This document shows, piece by piece, positions 1 through 9,108 of a DNA stretch of 64,000 nt; the first letter of the stretch is position 1, and each line of letters opens with the position of its first letter. The DNA lies in the NCBI GenBank assembly GCA_964461045.1, contig CAYWSJ010000001.1, positions 1,114 to 65,113 on the forward strand, written 5' to 3'. This DNA is from an uncultured Bacteroidales bacterium. GTDB lineage: Bacteria > Bacteroidota > Bacteroidia > Bacteroidales > UBA12077. The notes beneath the pieces are model-generated. The model did not search any database and had not been told where the DNA came from. It was given only the letters and a program-made list of their open reading frames with translations. Both the position numbers and the translations under genes were made by a program.

Positions 1-317
1 GTATCATTACCTCACAATTCGAACAGCATTTGAGGGCTATTCTTAACCTTCCACTGGGAAGCACAAAATTAAAACTTCCCTCGGTAATGGTTAATATTTT
101 AGGTGAAGAAAACCACGAAGGACAGGTGATCTATGAAGGTTTAACGGAAAGTATGGCTATTGATGGAGTCAAAATTCATCTTTATGGCAAAAAAATTACT
201 CAGCCCTTCAGAAAAATGGGGCATATTACCGTATTGTCATCATCACTGGAATGTGCTATGAAAAAAGCCGATAAAGTAAAACAATTAATAAAAGTAAAGT
301 CATGGAAAAAAAGCTAG
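1..317 (+). CDS. purK: N5-carboxyaminoimidazole ribonucleotide synthase (PurK), C-terminal fragment; 5' end lies outside the window
   Basis: The frame running in from nt 3 reads ..SQFEQHLRAILNLPLG..IHLYGK..RKMGHITV.., the conserved PurK C-terminal region. The stop at 315-317 overlaps the purE start by 16 nt. Confidence 0.85.
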   Translation, partial: IITSQFEQHLRAILNLPLGSTKLKLPSVMVNILGEENHEGQVIYEGLTESMAIDGVKIHLYGKKITQPFRKMGHITVLSSSLECAMKKADKVKQLIKVKSWKKS

Positions 318-793
318 TAAACATCGTGATGGGTTCGGATTCTGATTTGCCTGTTATGGAACAGGCTGCCGAAATACTTGATCAATTAGGAGTTGGTTAT
401 GAAATTGATATTGTTTCTGCACACCGTACACCCGAAAAATTATACGAATTTGCTTCAAATGCCCACAAAAAGGGAGTTGAGGCAATTATCGCGGGTGCAG
501 GCGGAGCAGCCCATTTGCCGGGCATGATAGCTGCAATATCTCCTTTGCCTGTTATCGGAGTACCCATTAAGTCCAGTAATTCCATTGACGGTTGGGATTC
601 GCTTTTGTCTATCTTACAAATGCCTGGCGGAGTGCCCGTAGCAACGGTTGCTCTGAATGGTGCAAAAAATGCTGGTATCCTTGCTGCTCAGATCGTATCG
701 GCCCAGGACAGTTCCATACGAGACAAGATAATTCAGTACAAGCAGGAACTGAAAGAAAAAGTGATTACTAAAGCAAATAACCTGAAAAAGTAA
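302..793 (+). CDS. purE: N5-carboxyaminoimidazole ribonucleotide mutase (PurE)
   Basis: 163 aa with PurE hallmarks GSDSD, SAHRTPEKL and AGAGGAAHLPGM. Adjacent to purK. Confidence 0.95.
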   Translation: MEKKLVNIVMGSDSDLPVMEQAAEILDQLGVGYEIDIVSAHRTPEKLYEFASNAHKKGVEAIIAGAGGAAHLPGMIAAISPLPVIGVPIKSSNSIDGWDSLLSILQMPGGVPVATVALNGAKNAGILAAQIVSAQDSSIRDKIIQYKQELKEKVITKANNLKK

Positions 794-802
794 ATTGGTT
801 GT

Positions 803-1966
803 ATGAGGAAGTATTTAACTGTGCTTGCTTCATTTATAATCATGCTATGTTTAGGCAGTGTTTATGCATGGAGCATAATAGCCGATGAGTTAATTCAAAA
901 CCATCATTTTTCTGCAACACAGGCTCAAGTTATTTTTGGAACCATCATAGCCATTTTCCCCGTTACAATGATTTTTGTCGGACGGCTGGGGGAGAAAATC
1001 AATCCCAGGTACATCGCTTACATTTCAGGAATTTTATTTTTAACAGGAAATATATTGGCGAGTTACTCTCAGGGTAATTTTATTATTATCTTTCTGGGAA
1101 TTGGAATTTTCACAGGCATAGCAACAGGATTTGGATATTGGGTGGCTTTAACAACCCCTGTTCAATGGTTTCCCGGTAAAAAAGGGCTGATTACCGGTAT
1201 TGCCGCCGCTGGTTTTGGACTCGGAGCAGTACTTATGTCCGATATTGCAGAAAGAATCTTGTTTAACGGGAGAGATGTACTATACTTGTTTGCGTTTATT
1301 GGAATATCATATGGTATTTTAATACTGCTTTCTTCGAATTTCATCACACCAAATACGCTAGAGTCCAAAAAGAAAAAAATACAACTGAAAGAATATCTTG
1401 GCCATACGGTATTCAAAAAACTGTTTATTGGAATATTTTTAGGAACCTTTGCTGGGTTGCTTATTATTGGCAACCTGAAAATAATAGGTGGTCAGGGCAA
1501 TACCTCTTCGCATTACCTTATACTGGGCGTTTCATTGTTTGCTGTGGCCAATTTTTTAGGAAGAATCACCTGGGGTTTTATTGCTGATTATATTGGTGCT
1601 AACTTGAGCATCTTTATGGCTCTGCTGATGCAGTCGGTAGCTATTATGATGCTAAATATTATCGTATTATCCGATTTTTCTTACCTGTTGCTTGCTTTCT
1701 TCATAGGATTCGGTTTTGGCGGAAACTTTGTACTTTTTGCCAGGGAAACAGCTCATGTATTCGGGTTAAGCAATTTGGGTATCGTTTATCCTTATGTGTT
1801 TATAGGTTATGCCATTGCAGGTATTGCAGGTCCATTTGCCGGTGGTTTGCTTTACGATATAACGGGAGTATATTCCTCTGCTATTTTGGTGTCAGGCATT
1901 ACGAGCCTGGCGGGCAGTATCTTGTTCTTATACCAATACGTAAAAAAACGAAATATGGTAGTTTAA
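803..1966 (+). CDS. MFS transporter (oxalate/formate-antiporter-like)
   Basis: 387 aa, about 12 hydrophobic helices with a central hydrophilic loop (SKKKKIQLKEY), Gly-rich helices. Substrate unknown. Confidence 0.6.
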   Translation: MRKYLTVLASFIIMLCLGSVYAWSIIADELIQNHHFSATQAQVIFGTIIAIFPVTMIFVGRLGEKINPRYIAYISGILFLTGNILASYSQGNFIIIFLGIGIFTGIATGFGYWVALTTPVQWFPGKKGLITGIAAAGFGLGAVLMSDIAERILFNGRDVLYLFAFIGISYGILILLSSNFITPNTLESKKKKIQLKEYLGHTVFKKLFIGIFLGTFAGLLIIGNLKIIGGQGNTSSHYLILGVSLFAVANFLGRITWGFIADYIGANLSIFMALLMQSVAIMMLNIIVLSDFSYLLLAFFIGFGFGGNFVLFARETAHVFGLSNLGIVYPYVFIGYAIAGIAGPFAGGLLYDITGVYSSAILVSGITSLAGSILFLYQYVKKRNMVV

Positions 1967-2416
1967 AATATGTTCAAACAGTTGTTAATTATATCCGGAA
2001 GGTGAAAACAGCATTTTTATTTCAGACTAATCAAAAATGATACTTTGGTTAGCTTTAATTTCAGGTTTTTTTTCTTTTTTTTCTAATTAATTAGCATTTA
2101 AATAAGATCAGGTAACAGCAAGCAGCAAACCTATACTTCAAAATGCCCTTTAAAGTGGTGCATCTTCACAGTTTTCCATTAAAGGCCTTTAAACTGTTTT
2201 CTTACTTGTGAATTTTATTTGATTATTCCAAACGGGATGTTACTGTTTGTGGCATAGACCAATAAAAAACATCCTTTTAGTATGATTGGAATGGAATTTT
2301 TCAAAGCTTTTTCATAACTTGTTAACCAATTCATGCTGAAGGGAAAAAGTTGAACATAATCTTTTAGAGCTCCAAAGGATATTTCATCAATTATGAGACT
2401 TTAAAAACCAATTATT

Positions 2417-3502
2417 ATGAAGAAGCTATTTATTTCAATCATCGGAATGCTGGCGAGCATAAGCATGTTTGCCCAAAGTCCGGATGCTTTTAGTTACCAG
2501 GCTGTAGCAAGAGCAAGCAATGGAGAATTAATCGCCAACGAGGCAATAAGTTTCAGAATAAGCATTTTACAAGGTACTACCGACGGTATTTCGGTTTATT
2601 CAGAAACACATACAGATAGCACCAATGCGTATGGCTTGGTTTCCCTGCAAATTGGAACCGGCACGACTACCGATGATTTTTCTGCCATTAATTGGGCAGG
2701 AGGACCTTTCTTTGTAAAAGTTGAAATGGATGCTAACGGTGGAATAAATTATGAATTAATGGGTACAAGCCAGTTGTTGAGTGTGCCTTATGCATTGGCA
2801 GCCGGAGAACTATTGGTTTCTAAAAAAGGCAAATTATATAAAACCTATTTAAAAGATGATGGTACTTTTGCTGGTCTTACTCATATAGAAGTAGAACAAC
2901 CATTTAATGCTGTACCTACCGTTACAGATGTAGATGGGAATATTTACGAGACCGTAAAAATTGGAAACCAGGTTTGGACAACAGAAAACCTTAGAACTAC
3001 CAAATACAATGATGGTACAGATATACCCCTGGTAACGGGTGACACAGAATGGAGTAATTTGGATACATCCGGATATTGCTGGCATATGAATGATAGTACT
3101 GCTTATGCCCAGACTTATGGCGCTTTATATAACTGGTATACAGTGAATACAAATAAACTATGCCCCGACGGTTGGCATGTGCCTGCTGATGAAGAATGGA
3201 CTGAGTTAACAAATTATCTGAATGGCTTAGCAGGAGGAAGGCTTAAAGAATCTGGCACTATTCACTGGGGTAACCCAAATACGGACGCAATAAATGATAG
3301 TAAATTTACAGGTCGTCCTGGAGGAGTACGTGACCATTATGGATATTATTTCCACATAACTCTTAGTGGATATTGGTGGTGCTCTACTGAATACTCGGAT
3401 CTGAATGCGTTCTACCGTCAGCTATACTATAATTCAGCAGAAGTATTCAGAGAGTACAGCAACAAAAAGTATGGTTATTCAGTACGTTGTATCATGGATT
3501 AG
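2417..3502 (+). CDS. secreted protein with Fibrobacter succinogenes major paralogous (FISUMP) domain
   Basis: Signal peptide MKKLFISIIGMLASISMFAQ. The C-terminal half carries DVDGNIYETVKIGNQVWTTENL, YGALYNWYTV, CPDGWHVPADEEWTEL, GYWWCSTE and GYSVRCI, the FISUMP signature. Confidence 0.75.
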   Translation: MKKLFISIIGMLASISMFAQSPDAFSYQAVARASNGELIANEAISFRISILQGTTDGISVYSETHTDSTNAYGLVSLQIGTGTTTDDFSAINWAGGPFFVKVEMDANGGINYELMGTSQLLSVPYALAAGELLVSKKGKLYKTYLKDDGTFAGLTHIEVEQPFNAVPTVTDVDGNIYETVKIGNQVWTTENLRTTKYNDGTDIPLVTGDTEWSNLDTSGYCWHMNDSTAYAQTYGALYNWYTVNTNKLCPDGWHVPADEEWTELTNYLNGLAGGRLKESGTIHWGNPNTDAINDSKFTGRPGGVRDHYGYYFHITLSGYWWCSTEYSDLNAFYRQLYYNSAEVFREYSNKKYGYSVRCIMD

Positions 3503-3662
3503 AATTTGATGTACTTCTGCAAAAACCGTTTGGTAATTAGTGTTTCAAAATTTGTTGTAAAGAATTTGCAATGAAGCAGTTTTTATCATTATGAAAATAA
3601 TAAATGTTAGGCAATAGTGACTATTCGATGTTCTGCTCTAACCTGGCATGCTGGAAATTCTT

Positions 3663-3920
3663 TTTATTAAGAAACCGTTTTGATTTTAATTTACATTAAC
3701 AGGATAATCTTGACTAGCACAGTCCTTTAGGGCGGTGGATAGGTTAAACTATAATATACCCCCGATTTCTATAAATTTTGTAACTTAGTTTACAAAATTT
3801 ATAGAAATCATAGACGAAAGAGGCATTTGAATCACCGCTAAAGGACGGTGCTAGTGAAATACCATCTTCAGAATTTGGAAAAGTATAATTTTTATAAAAA
3901 CAAACCGGTTTCTTAATAAA
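3663..3920. repeat. 258-bp element built of three nested inverted repeats (MITE-like or structured RNA)
   Basis: Outer arms 3663-3682 / 3901-3920 pair at 19 of 20 positions. Middle arms 3711-3738 / 3833-3857 pair over ~25 bp with 2 mismatches and 1 bulge. The inner hairpin 3764-3783 / 3790-3809 is a perfect 20-bp stem with a 6-nt loop. Confidence 0.65.
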
Positions 3921-3984
3921 TTTAGTTACTTTAATTATATTTGATTTATATTGAAACGTAAAGACACTTTTAAGTATCCATACT

Positions 3985-4443
3985 ATGAATAAAATTTTTA
4001 AATATTTTGAAAAACTGCTAATCTGGGGGATTCTAATATCTATTTCAGTAATTCTCATTTTTGCTTTTATAGACATCGTATATGTTATTTATCAACATCT
4101 GTTTGCTCCCCCAATATTTATTATTAATGCCAAAGGATTAATGAACCTTTTTAGTTTGTTGCTTTTGCTCTTAATCGGACTCGAATTGTTTGAAACCGTA
4201 CGGGCATATCTTAAAGAAGATATTGTGCATGTTGAATTCATTGTGCTGGTAGCTATTATAGCGATAGCGCGTAAAGTAATAATTTGGGATTTTGAACAAT
4301 ATAATACACAAGAGCTTATTAGCCTGGCAGTTATGATACTGGCACTTGGAATTGCTTATTTTCTTATTAGAAAAGCCGATGGGCGAATAAAGAAAAGCTG
4401 GCTGCAAAAAGGGAGGAAAAGTGTAGAAGAAAAGGATGATTGA
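3985..4443 (+). CDS. PsiE-family (phosphate-starvation-inducible E-like) membrane protein
   Basis: 152 aa with 4 predicted TM helices. The segment LELFETVRAYL..VHVEFIVLVAIIAIARKVIIWD resembles the conserved PsiE core. Confidence 0.5.
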   Translation: MNKIFKYFEKLLIWGILISISVILIFAFIDIVYVIYQHLFAPPIFIINAKGLMNLFSLLLLLLIGLELFETVRAYLKEDIVHVEFIVLVAIIAIARKVIIWDFEQYNTQELISLAVMILALGIAYFLIRKADGRIKKSWLQKGRKSVEEKDD

Positions 4444-4661
4444 TGCTATAATTGGTGCTAAGGTTATTCGATATTAAGAAATATTTCAAAAATTGGTTTC
4501 TGAAAAGCAATTGGATCCTGGCTTGAAAGTTATACCTATAAGACCGCCAGTAATGTATCTTTTTATTGCTTCCAACTCAGGTTAATAATAAAACATGCAA
4601 CAACTTAAATTAAAAGAAGTTTTTTTTGAATAATAAAGACAACTTTTAAATTAATAGAAAA

Positions 4662-5099
4662 ATGAAGATAAAAAGGAATTTTTAAACGAAGGTTTGTTGA
4701 AAGCGTTTGCTTTGGTAAGAAAAGAATTCAACGAAATCGCCGGGTTTTATAAGGGGAAAATAAAAACCTATATGAATGAAGTATATGCCACAATTTTTGA
4801 GGATTTAAAGGAACAAAAAGTATCCCGATTATAAGAATGAGTATACCCTTGGTCGTCCATACTGGATGGCTTATGAAATGCTTGCCGTCTTCTTCAACAT
4901 AAAAATCAATAACAAGAAAACCATGGATTATTATGTTTTTAAAGAGGCAGATCCCATAGCTTTCATGGAAATCTATACCAATTTGTATGAAGAGGGCATC
5001 ACCGATCCTAGAGAATTATATGAGCGTGGAATTAATGAATATATGAAAGAAGGCGGATATTGGAATAATGGTCTTGAAGAAAGATATGAAAAACTATAA
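4662..5099 (+). pseudogene. possible frameshifted small gene; the coding signal runs through three frame segments; product unknown
   Basis: ATG 4662 (frame 0) stops at 4683-4685. Frame 2 is open 4658-4834 (..KEFLNEGLLKAFALVRKEFNEIAGFYKG..EDLKEQK). Frame 0 is open again 4809-5099 (..PDYKNEYTLGRPYWMAYEML.., track ORF 4866..5099). Both switches fall at A5 runs (4670-4674, 4815-4819). Confidence 0.3.
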
Positions 5100-5125
5100 G
5101 AATTAACACATAATTCATTACAAAG

Positions 5126-5152
5126 AGCTGGCTCTGTGAGTCGGCTTTTTTG
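5126..5152 (+). terminator. candidate rho-independent terminator
   Basis: Stem agctggctc (5126-5134) / gagtcggct (5138-5146): 9 bp including 2 G-U pairs, 3-nt loop, followed by tttttgttt. Confidence 0.4.
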
Positions 5153-5460
5153 TTTCTTCTATTGAGTTGGGCGTTCTGCAATAATACCAACCTTGTCTGC
5201 CGGATTTATGCCCTTAGCGGTTAATAACCATTGCTGTAGCTTTTTTGCCAGTACCTTTAAATACAAAGACACCGGCGTTGCAAAATGCGGAAGTGTACCT
5301 CAGATATGATTAAAAAATAAATAAATATTTTCTGTATTATTTTGTTTTTCCTATTGCATGTCAGGAAATTAACTTGTAAATTGTTTTTTGGTGTTTGAAT
5401 AAAATGGACACTGTTTTATTAAGCTATTTCTTTAATAAATAATTAATTATACAAATTATT

Positions 5461-6234
5461 ATGATGTTTTCTCCCAGAAAAATATTGTATTTATTTATAC
5501 TGGCCATACCATTTGGCTTTTATTCCTGTCTGCCAAAGGAAAAAATGACCTACTTTTCGGAGGAAGGCAAGAAAGGACATTTAATTGACTATGCAAACTA
5601 CATAAAGAATAAAAAGATTAAACCACGCGACAGGCTTTATATAAAAATCCTCAGTCTAGATGAAAAAACGACACGATTGTTCAGTGAAGAATCAAGGCTT
5701 TATGGAGAATTGGATATGCATTTAAACAGTTATGAGGTAAGTGATTCGGGGTATATTGATTTTCCTTTTGTAGGAAAAATTTATGTAGAAGGGTATACTT
5801 TATCTGCAGCACGAGCCAAACTGGAAGATGAGATTACCATATATCTTCCTAACACAGCTATAAAGCTGAAATATGCCGGTAATTATATAACTATTTTGGG
5901 TGAAGTTAACCGGCCGGGAAATCATTTGTTTTTCAAAGAAAAAATAAGTGTTTTTGAAGCACTTGCTCATGCAGGAGGCATAAGAGACTATGGTAATAAA
6001 CAAGAAGTAATAATTATAAGAGACCTGGAAGGAGAAACAAATTATAATACAATAGATATCACACGAAAGGATATAACCAATACTTACTATTATTATCTTC
6101 TGCCAGACGATATTGTTATTGTTCAACCCCTTAATGCCAAATTCAGAACATTAAGGAACTTTCAGCTTGAATCATTGCTACTGTCAGGGATTACAACAAT
6201 GGTTACAGTTTTGTATTTTATTATAAATAACTAA
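5461..6234 (+). CDS. polysaccharide export outer-membrane protein (Wza-like; Poly_export + SLBB)
   Basis: 257 aa with signal/lipobox-like FGFYSC. IKPRDRLYIKILS (Poly_export) and ITILGEVNRPGNHLF..ISVFEALAHAGGI (SLBB). First gene of the EPS locus. Confidence 0.8.
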   Translation: MMFSPRKILYLFILAIPFGFYSCLPKEKMTYFSEEGKKGHLIDYANYIKNKKIKPRDRLYIKILSLDEKTTRLFSEESRLYGELDMHLNSYEVSDSGYIDFPFVGKIYVEGYTLSAARAKLEDEITIYLPNTAIKLKYAGNYITILGEVNRPGNHLFFKEKISVFEALAHAGGIRDYGNKQEVIIIRDLEGETNYNTIDITRKDITNTYYYYLLPDDIVIVQPLNAKFRTLRNFQLESLLLSGITTMVTVLYFIINN

Positions 6235-6245
6235 AAAAAAACAAA

Positions 6246-8648
6246 ATGGCAGAGAACAGCGGAAATACTATTGATATTAAGTCAATTATATTAAGGTTCT
6301 GGCACTTTAAATGGCTGTTTCTATTTTCTTTGGTTGTTTTTTTAACAGTTGCTTACTTCCACAACAAATTTGCTCCTACAGTTTATAAAAATTCTATTCA
6401 GATTTCTGTTGATATACAGGAAAATAGAACGGGAGCAGGGAGACATGAGAGGATTCAGGCTGTTAATTTCTTAACTGAATCATCCAACCTGGAAAATGAG
6501 CTGGGAAAAATGAATTCCTTTCCTTTCATTAAAACTGCACTTATGAAACTCGAATATGAAGTAAGCTATCACATAATGGAAAGTCCTTTTCAAAATAAAT
6601 CCCTGCAAAAACTTCCATATCTTGTTTCAAGAGAATTATACAAGGAATCTCCTATTAAGGTGAGTTTTTACAGGTCTCATAATCAATTAATAAATACAGA
6701 GATTTTTGTAACCATCTTAACAGATACTACTTATAGATTGAAAGCAGTTGCTGAGGAAGCATCAACCTACAACTATATTGATAATGAGATAAAAGAGCAA
6801 GTTAAAAAATACAATGTAAATAAAGTCTATAAATTTGGTGAAGAGGTAGAGTCTGATTATTTTAAGTTTTACTTAAGTCTGAAAGATACAGGAGACGTTT
6901 ACAAGTATTACAACAACGAAGGGCTTTACTTCATGTTTCATCACATGGATTACCTGACACTGTATTATTTGAATAATATTGAAATTGAGCCTACTTCCCC
7001 CACATCTTCTCTGATAGATATAACTTTAACAGGCAACAATCATCATAAAGTTACAGAATTTCTCAATCAACTTGCACAGGTTTATATTGCCAGGGATCTT
7101 GAAGAAAAGAACAGAGAAGCACGAAGCACAATTGAATTCATTGAGAGCCAGATATCAGATGTAGCAAGTTCATTAAGTTATACCGGTTATACTCTTGAGC
7201 GTTTCCGTTCCCTGCACAAAATTGTGGACCTCGATTTTCAGGGGCAGATGATGTATGAAAAGTTAAATGACCTTGAGAATGAAAGAGCCACAATGCTCAT
7301 GCAAAAAAAATTTTATGAGCAGTTCAGGGATTACATAAAGAGTAATAAAGTCTCCGAACTAATGGCCCCTTCCTCAATGAATATTAGCGATCCGATTTTA
7401 AGCAGTCTCATTGCCCAGTTGATAGAGTTGAATGCTGAACGTACATCATATGATAACAGAAGGAAAAGTGTTTATATGGAAGAACTTAATAACCGCTTTG
7501 ACAATTTGAAAAAAACAATTCTTGAAAATATAAATACCAATTTAATAAATTTCGAAATCTCACTTGATGATATTGATTATCGAATAACTAAAATCTCAAA
7601 TGATTTATCCATATTACCCTCGACAGAATTAAAACTACAGTCTATACAAAGAAAATTCAAACTTAATGATGAGATCTATACTTACTTGCTTACTAAACGT
7701 GCAGAAGCCCAGATAGCACAGGCATCTAATTTCCCTTCTTATGAAATTATAGACCCTGCGAGGGACATTGATTTCACGTTGGTCTTTCCCCGAACCCGGC
7801 TTAATTATTTTTTAGCTTTGTTCATCGGTTTTATTATTCCTGGCTCATCTATACTACTGTTAGACTTTTTTAATATACGGATCAAATCTGTAAGCGATAT
7901 TGAAAATATAACCAATATCCCAATTATAGGGAATATTGCGCATAGCAGAAGAAATGTGGATCATGTCGGGTTAAATGAAATTTCTTATTCTACGACATCC
8001 GAATCAATTCGTATGTTGCGAACCAATATTCAAATGCTTCAGGGTAGCGATGAAATGATAAACCAGGTTATCTTAGTTACCTCTTCAACAAGTAGCGAAG
8101 GAAAAACTTTTTCTTCAATCAACCTGGCTAAAGGATTTTCATTACTCGATAAAAAGGTGATATTAGTTGGATGTGATCTGAGAAAGCCCAAATTAGCCCA
8201 GATTATTAATTTACCAGAAGAGGCCGGCCTTAGTTCATATCTCTCTAATGACCATGAAATAAATGATATTATTTATTATACTGACAATTATAATCTTGAT
8301 ATTATTCCTGAAGGACCTTTGCCTCCTAATCCTACTGAATTAATCGCCTCTCAGAAAACAATCGGTTTGATTGAATACCTTAGAACTAACTATGATTATG
8401 TCATAATAGATACTTCACCTGTAGGAATCGTTCCTGACAGCAAATTAATTATGAAGTATACAGACATTAATTTATTACTAGTCAGACAGACTAAAACCAA
8501 GAAAAATGAATTGATGAATACTTTGAAAAGTCTAACCAGTGTTCAGGTTTCAAAATTTTTTATTGTTTTTAACGATTTTACACCTAAAAACGGACAATAC
8601 AATTATATGTACAAATACTATGCGAATGAGCTGTTTGTCAGGCCATAA
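6246..8648 (+). CDS. polysaccharide co-polymerase / BY-type tyrosine kinase (Wzc-like)
   Basis: 800 aa. Two TM segments flank a long coiled-coil periplasmic region. C-terminal P-loop domain with VTSSTSSEGKTFSSINLA, VGCDLRKP and DYVIIDTSPVG, plus a Tyr-rich tail QYNYMYKYY. Confidence 0.8.
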   Translation: MAENSGNTIDIKSIILRFWHFKWLFLFSLVVFLTVAYFHNKFAPTVYKNSIQISVDIQENRTGAGRHERIQAVNFLTESSNLENELGKMNSFPFIKTALMKLEYEVSYHIMESPFQNKSLQKLPYLVSRELYKESPIKVSFYRSHNQLINTEIFVTILTDTTYRLKAVAEEASTYNYIDNEIKEQVKKYNVNKVYKFGEEVESDYFKFYLSLKDTGDVYKYYNNEGLYFMFHHMDYLTLYYLNNIEIEPTSPTSSLIDITLTGNNHHKVTEFLNQLAQVYIARDLEEKNREARSTIEFIESQISDVASSLSYTGYTLERFRSLHKIVDLDFQGQMMYEKLNDLENERATMLMQKKFYEQFRDYIKSNKVSELMAPSSMNISDPILSSLIAQLIELNAERTSYDNRRKSVYMEELNNRFDNLKKTILENINTNLINFEISLDDIDYRITKISNDLSILPSTELKLQSIQRKFKLNDEIYTYLLTKRAEAQIAQASNFPSYEIIDPARDIDFTLVFPRTRLNYFLALFIGFIIPGSSILLLDFFNIRIKSVSDIENITNIPIIGNIAHSRRNVDHVGLNEISYSTTSESIRMLRTNIQMLQGSDEMINQVILVTSSTSSEGKTFSSINLAKGFSLLDKKVILVGCDLRKPKLAQIINLPEEAGLSSYLSNDHEINDIIYYTDNYNLDIIPEGPLPPNPTELIASQKTIGLIEYLRTNYDYVIIDTSPVGIVPDSKLIMKYTDINLLLVRQTKTKKNELMNTLKSLTSVQVSKFFIVFNDFTPKNGQYNYMYKYYANELFVRP

Positions 8649-9108
8649 TAGCCGTCTTCCTTATGGTCTAACGTTTATTTATGAAATATAAGCACTTGTT
8701 TAAGAAATGACTACTTAAAATAAATGCCTATTTCTTTATATTGATTCCTTTTGTAATTTGTTTCTCCATTTGTTTATGGAATATGTGTGAGCCTTACTTT
8801 ATATTTTGATTTATTATTTTCTTACTTTTGTTTGTTTAACTAAAATGTAAAAACCTGGATAAAAGAAAAACTTACTTTTTATTTGCTGTTAAAGTTTTAA
8901 TAGTAATAAAGATTTACATTTAGTTCCACATCCCCTGACTGAGAGATATGGAAACGTAGTTTAAAACTGCGTGAGTGACCCGTTTTCATTCTTCTTTTTT
9001 AAGTTGCTTAAAAACAAGGTTAACAACCTTACTGCAACTGTTTGAGCTAAGGATTAATATTTTACTCCTAATTCTTATAGCTATGTTTAGTAATAGAATT
9101 ATTGTGGA

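Noticed and set aside
2144-2196. An imperfect hairpin (cctttaaagtgg ... ccattaaagg) in the 450-bp gap upstream of the FISUMP gene.
   Set aside because: The stem is short, AT-rich and bulged, with a 17-nt loop. There is no T-run or second copy, so evidence for a functional element is insufficient.
3744-4076. 110-aa minus-strand ORF.
   Set aside because: It spans the nested inverted-repeat element and overlaps the psiE-like start. Its sequence is low-complexity and Ile/Lys/Phe-rich, typical of AT-rich non-coding DNA.
5159-5300. A locally GC-richer patch whose minus strand reads protein-like (..VSLYLKVLAKKLQQWLLTAKGINPADKVGIIAERPTQ*). It may be the remnant of a gene's 3' end.
   Set aside because: It has no ATG, only a possible GTG, and fewer than 50 codons between stops. 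I recognise no motif. It cannot be supported without a homology search.
5300-5460. Bacteroidetes-type promoter motifs (TTG ... TAnnTTTG), sought upstream of 5461, 10739, 23557(-) and 35877.
   Set aside because: Only near-matches were found by eye (for example taaattttg near 10637-10645). In such AT-rich DNA these are not distinguishable from chance, so no promoters were annotated.
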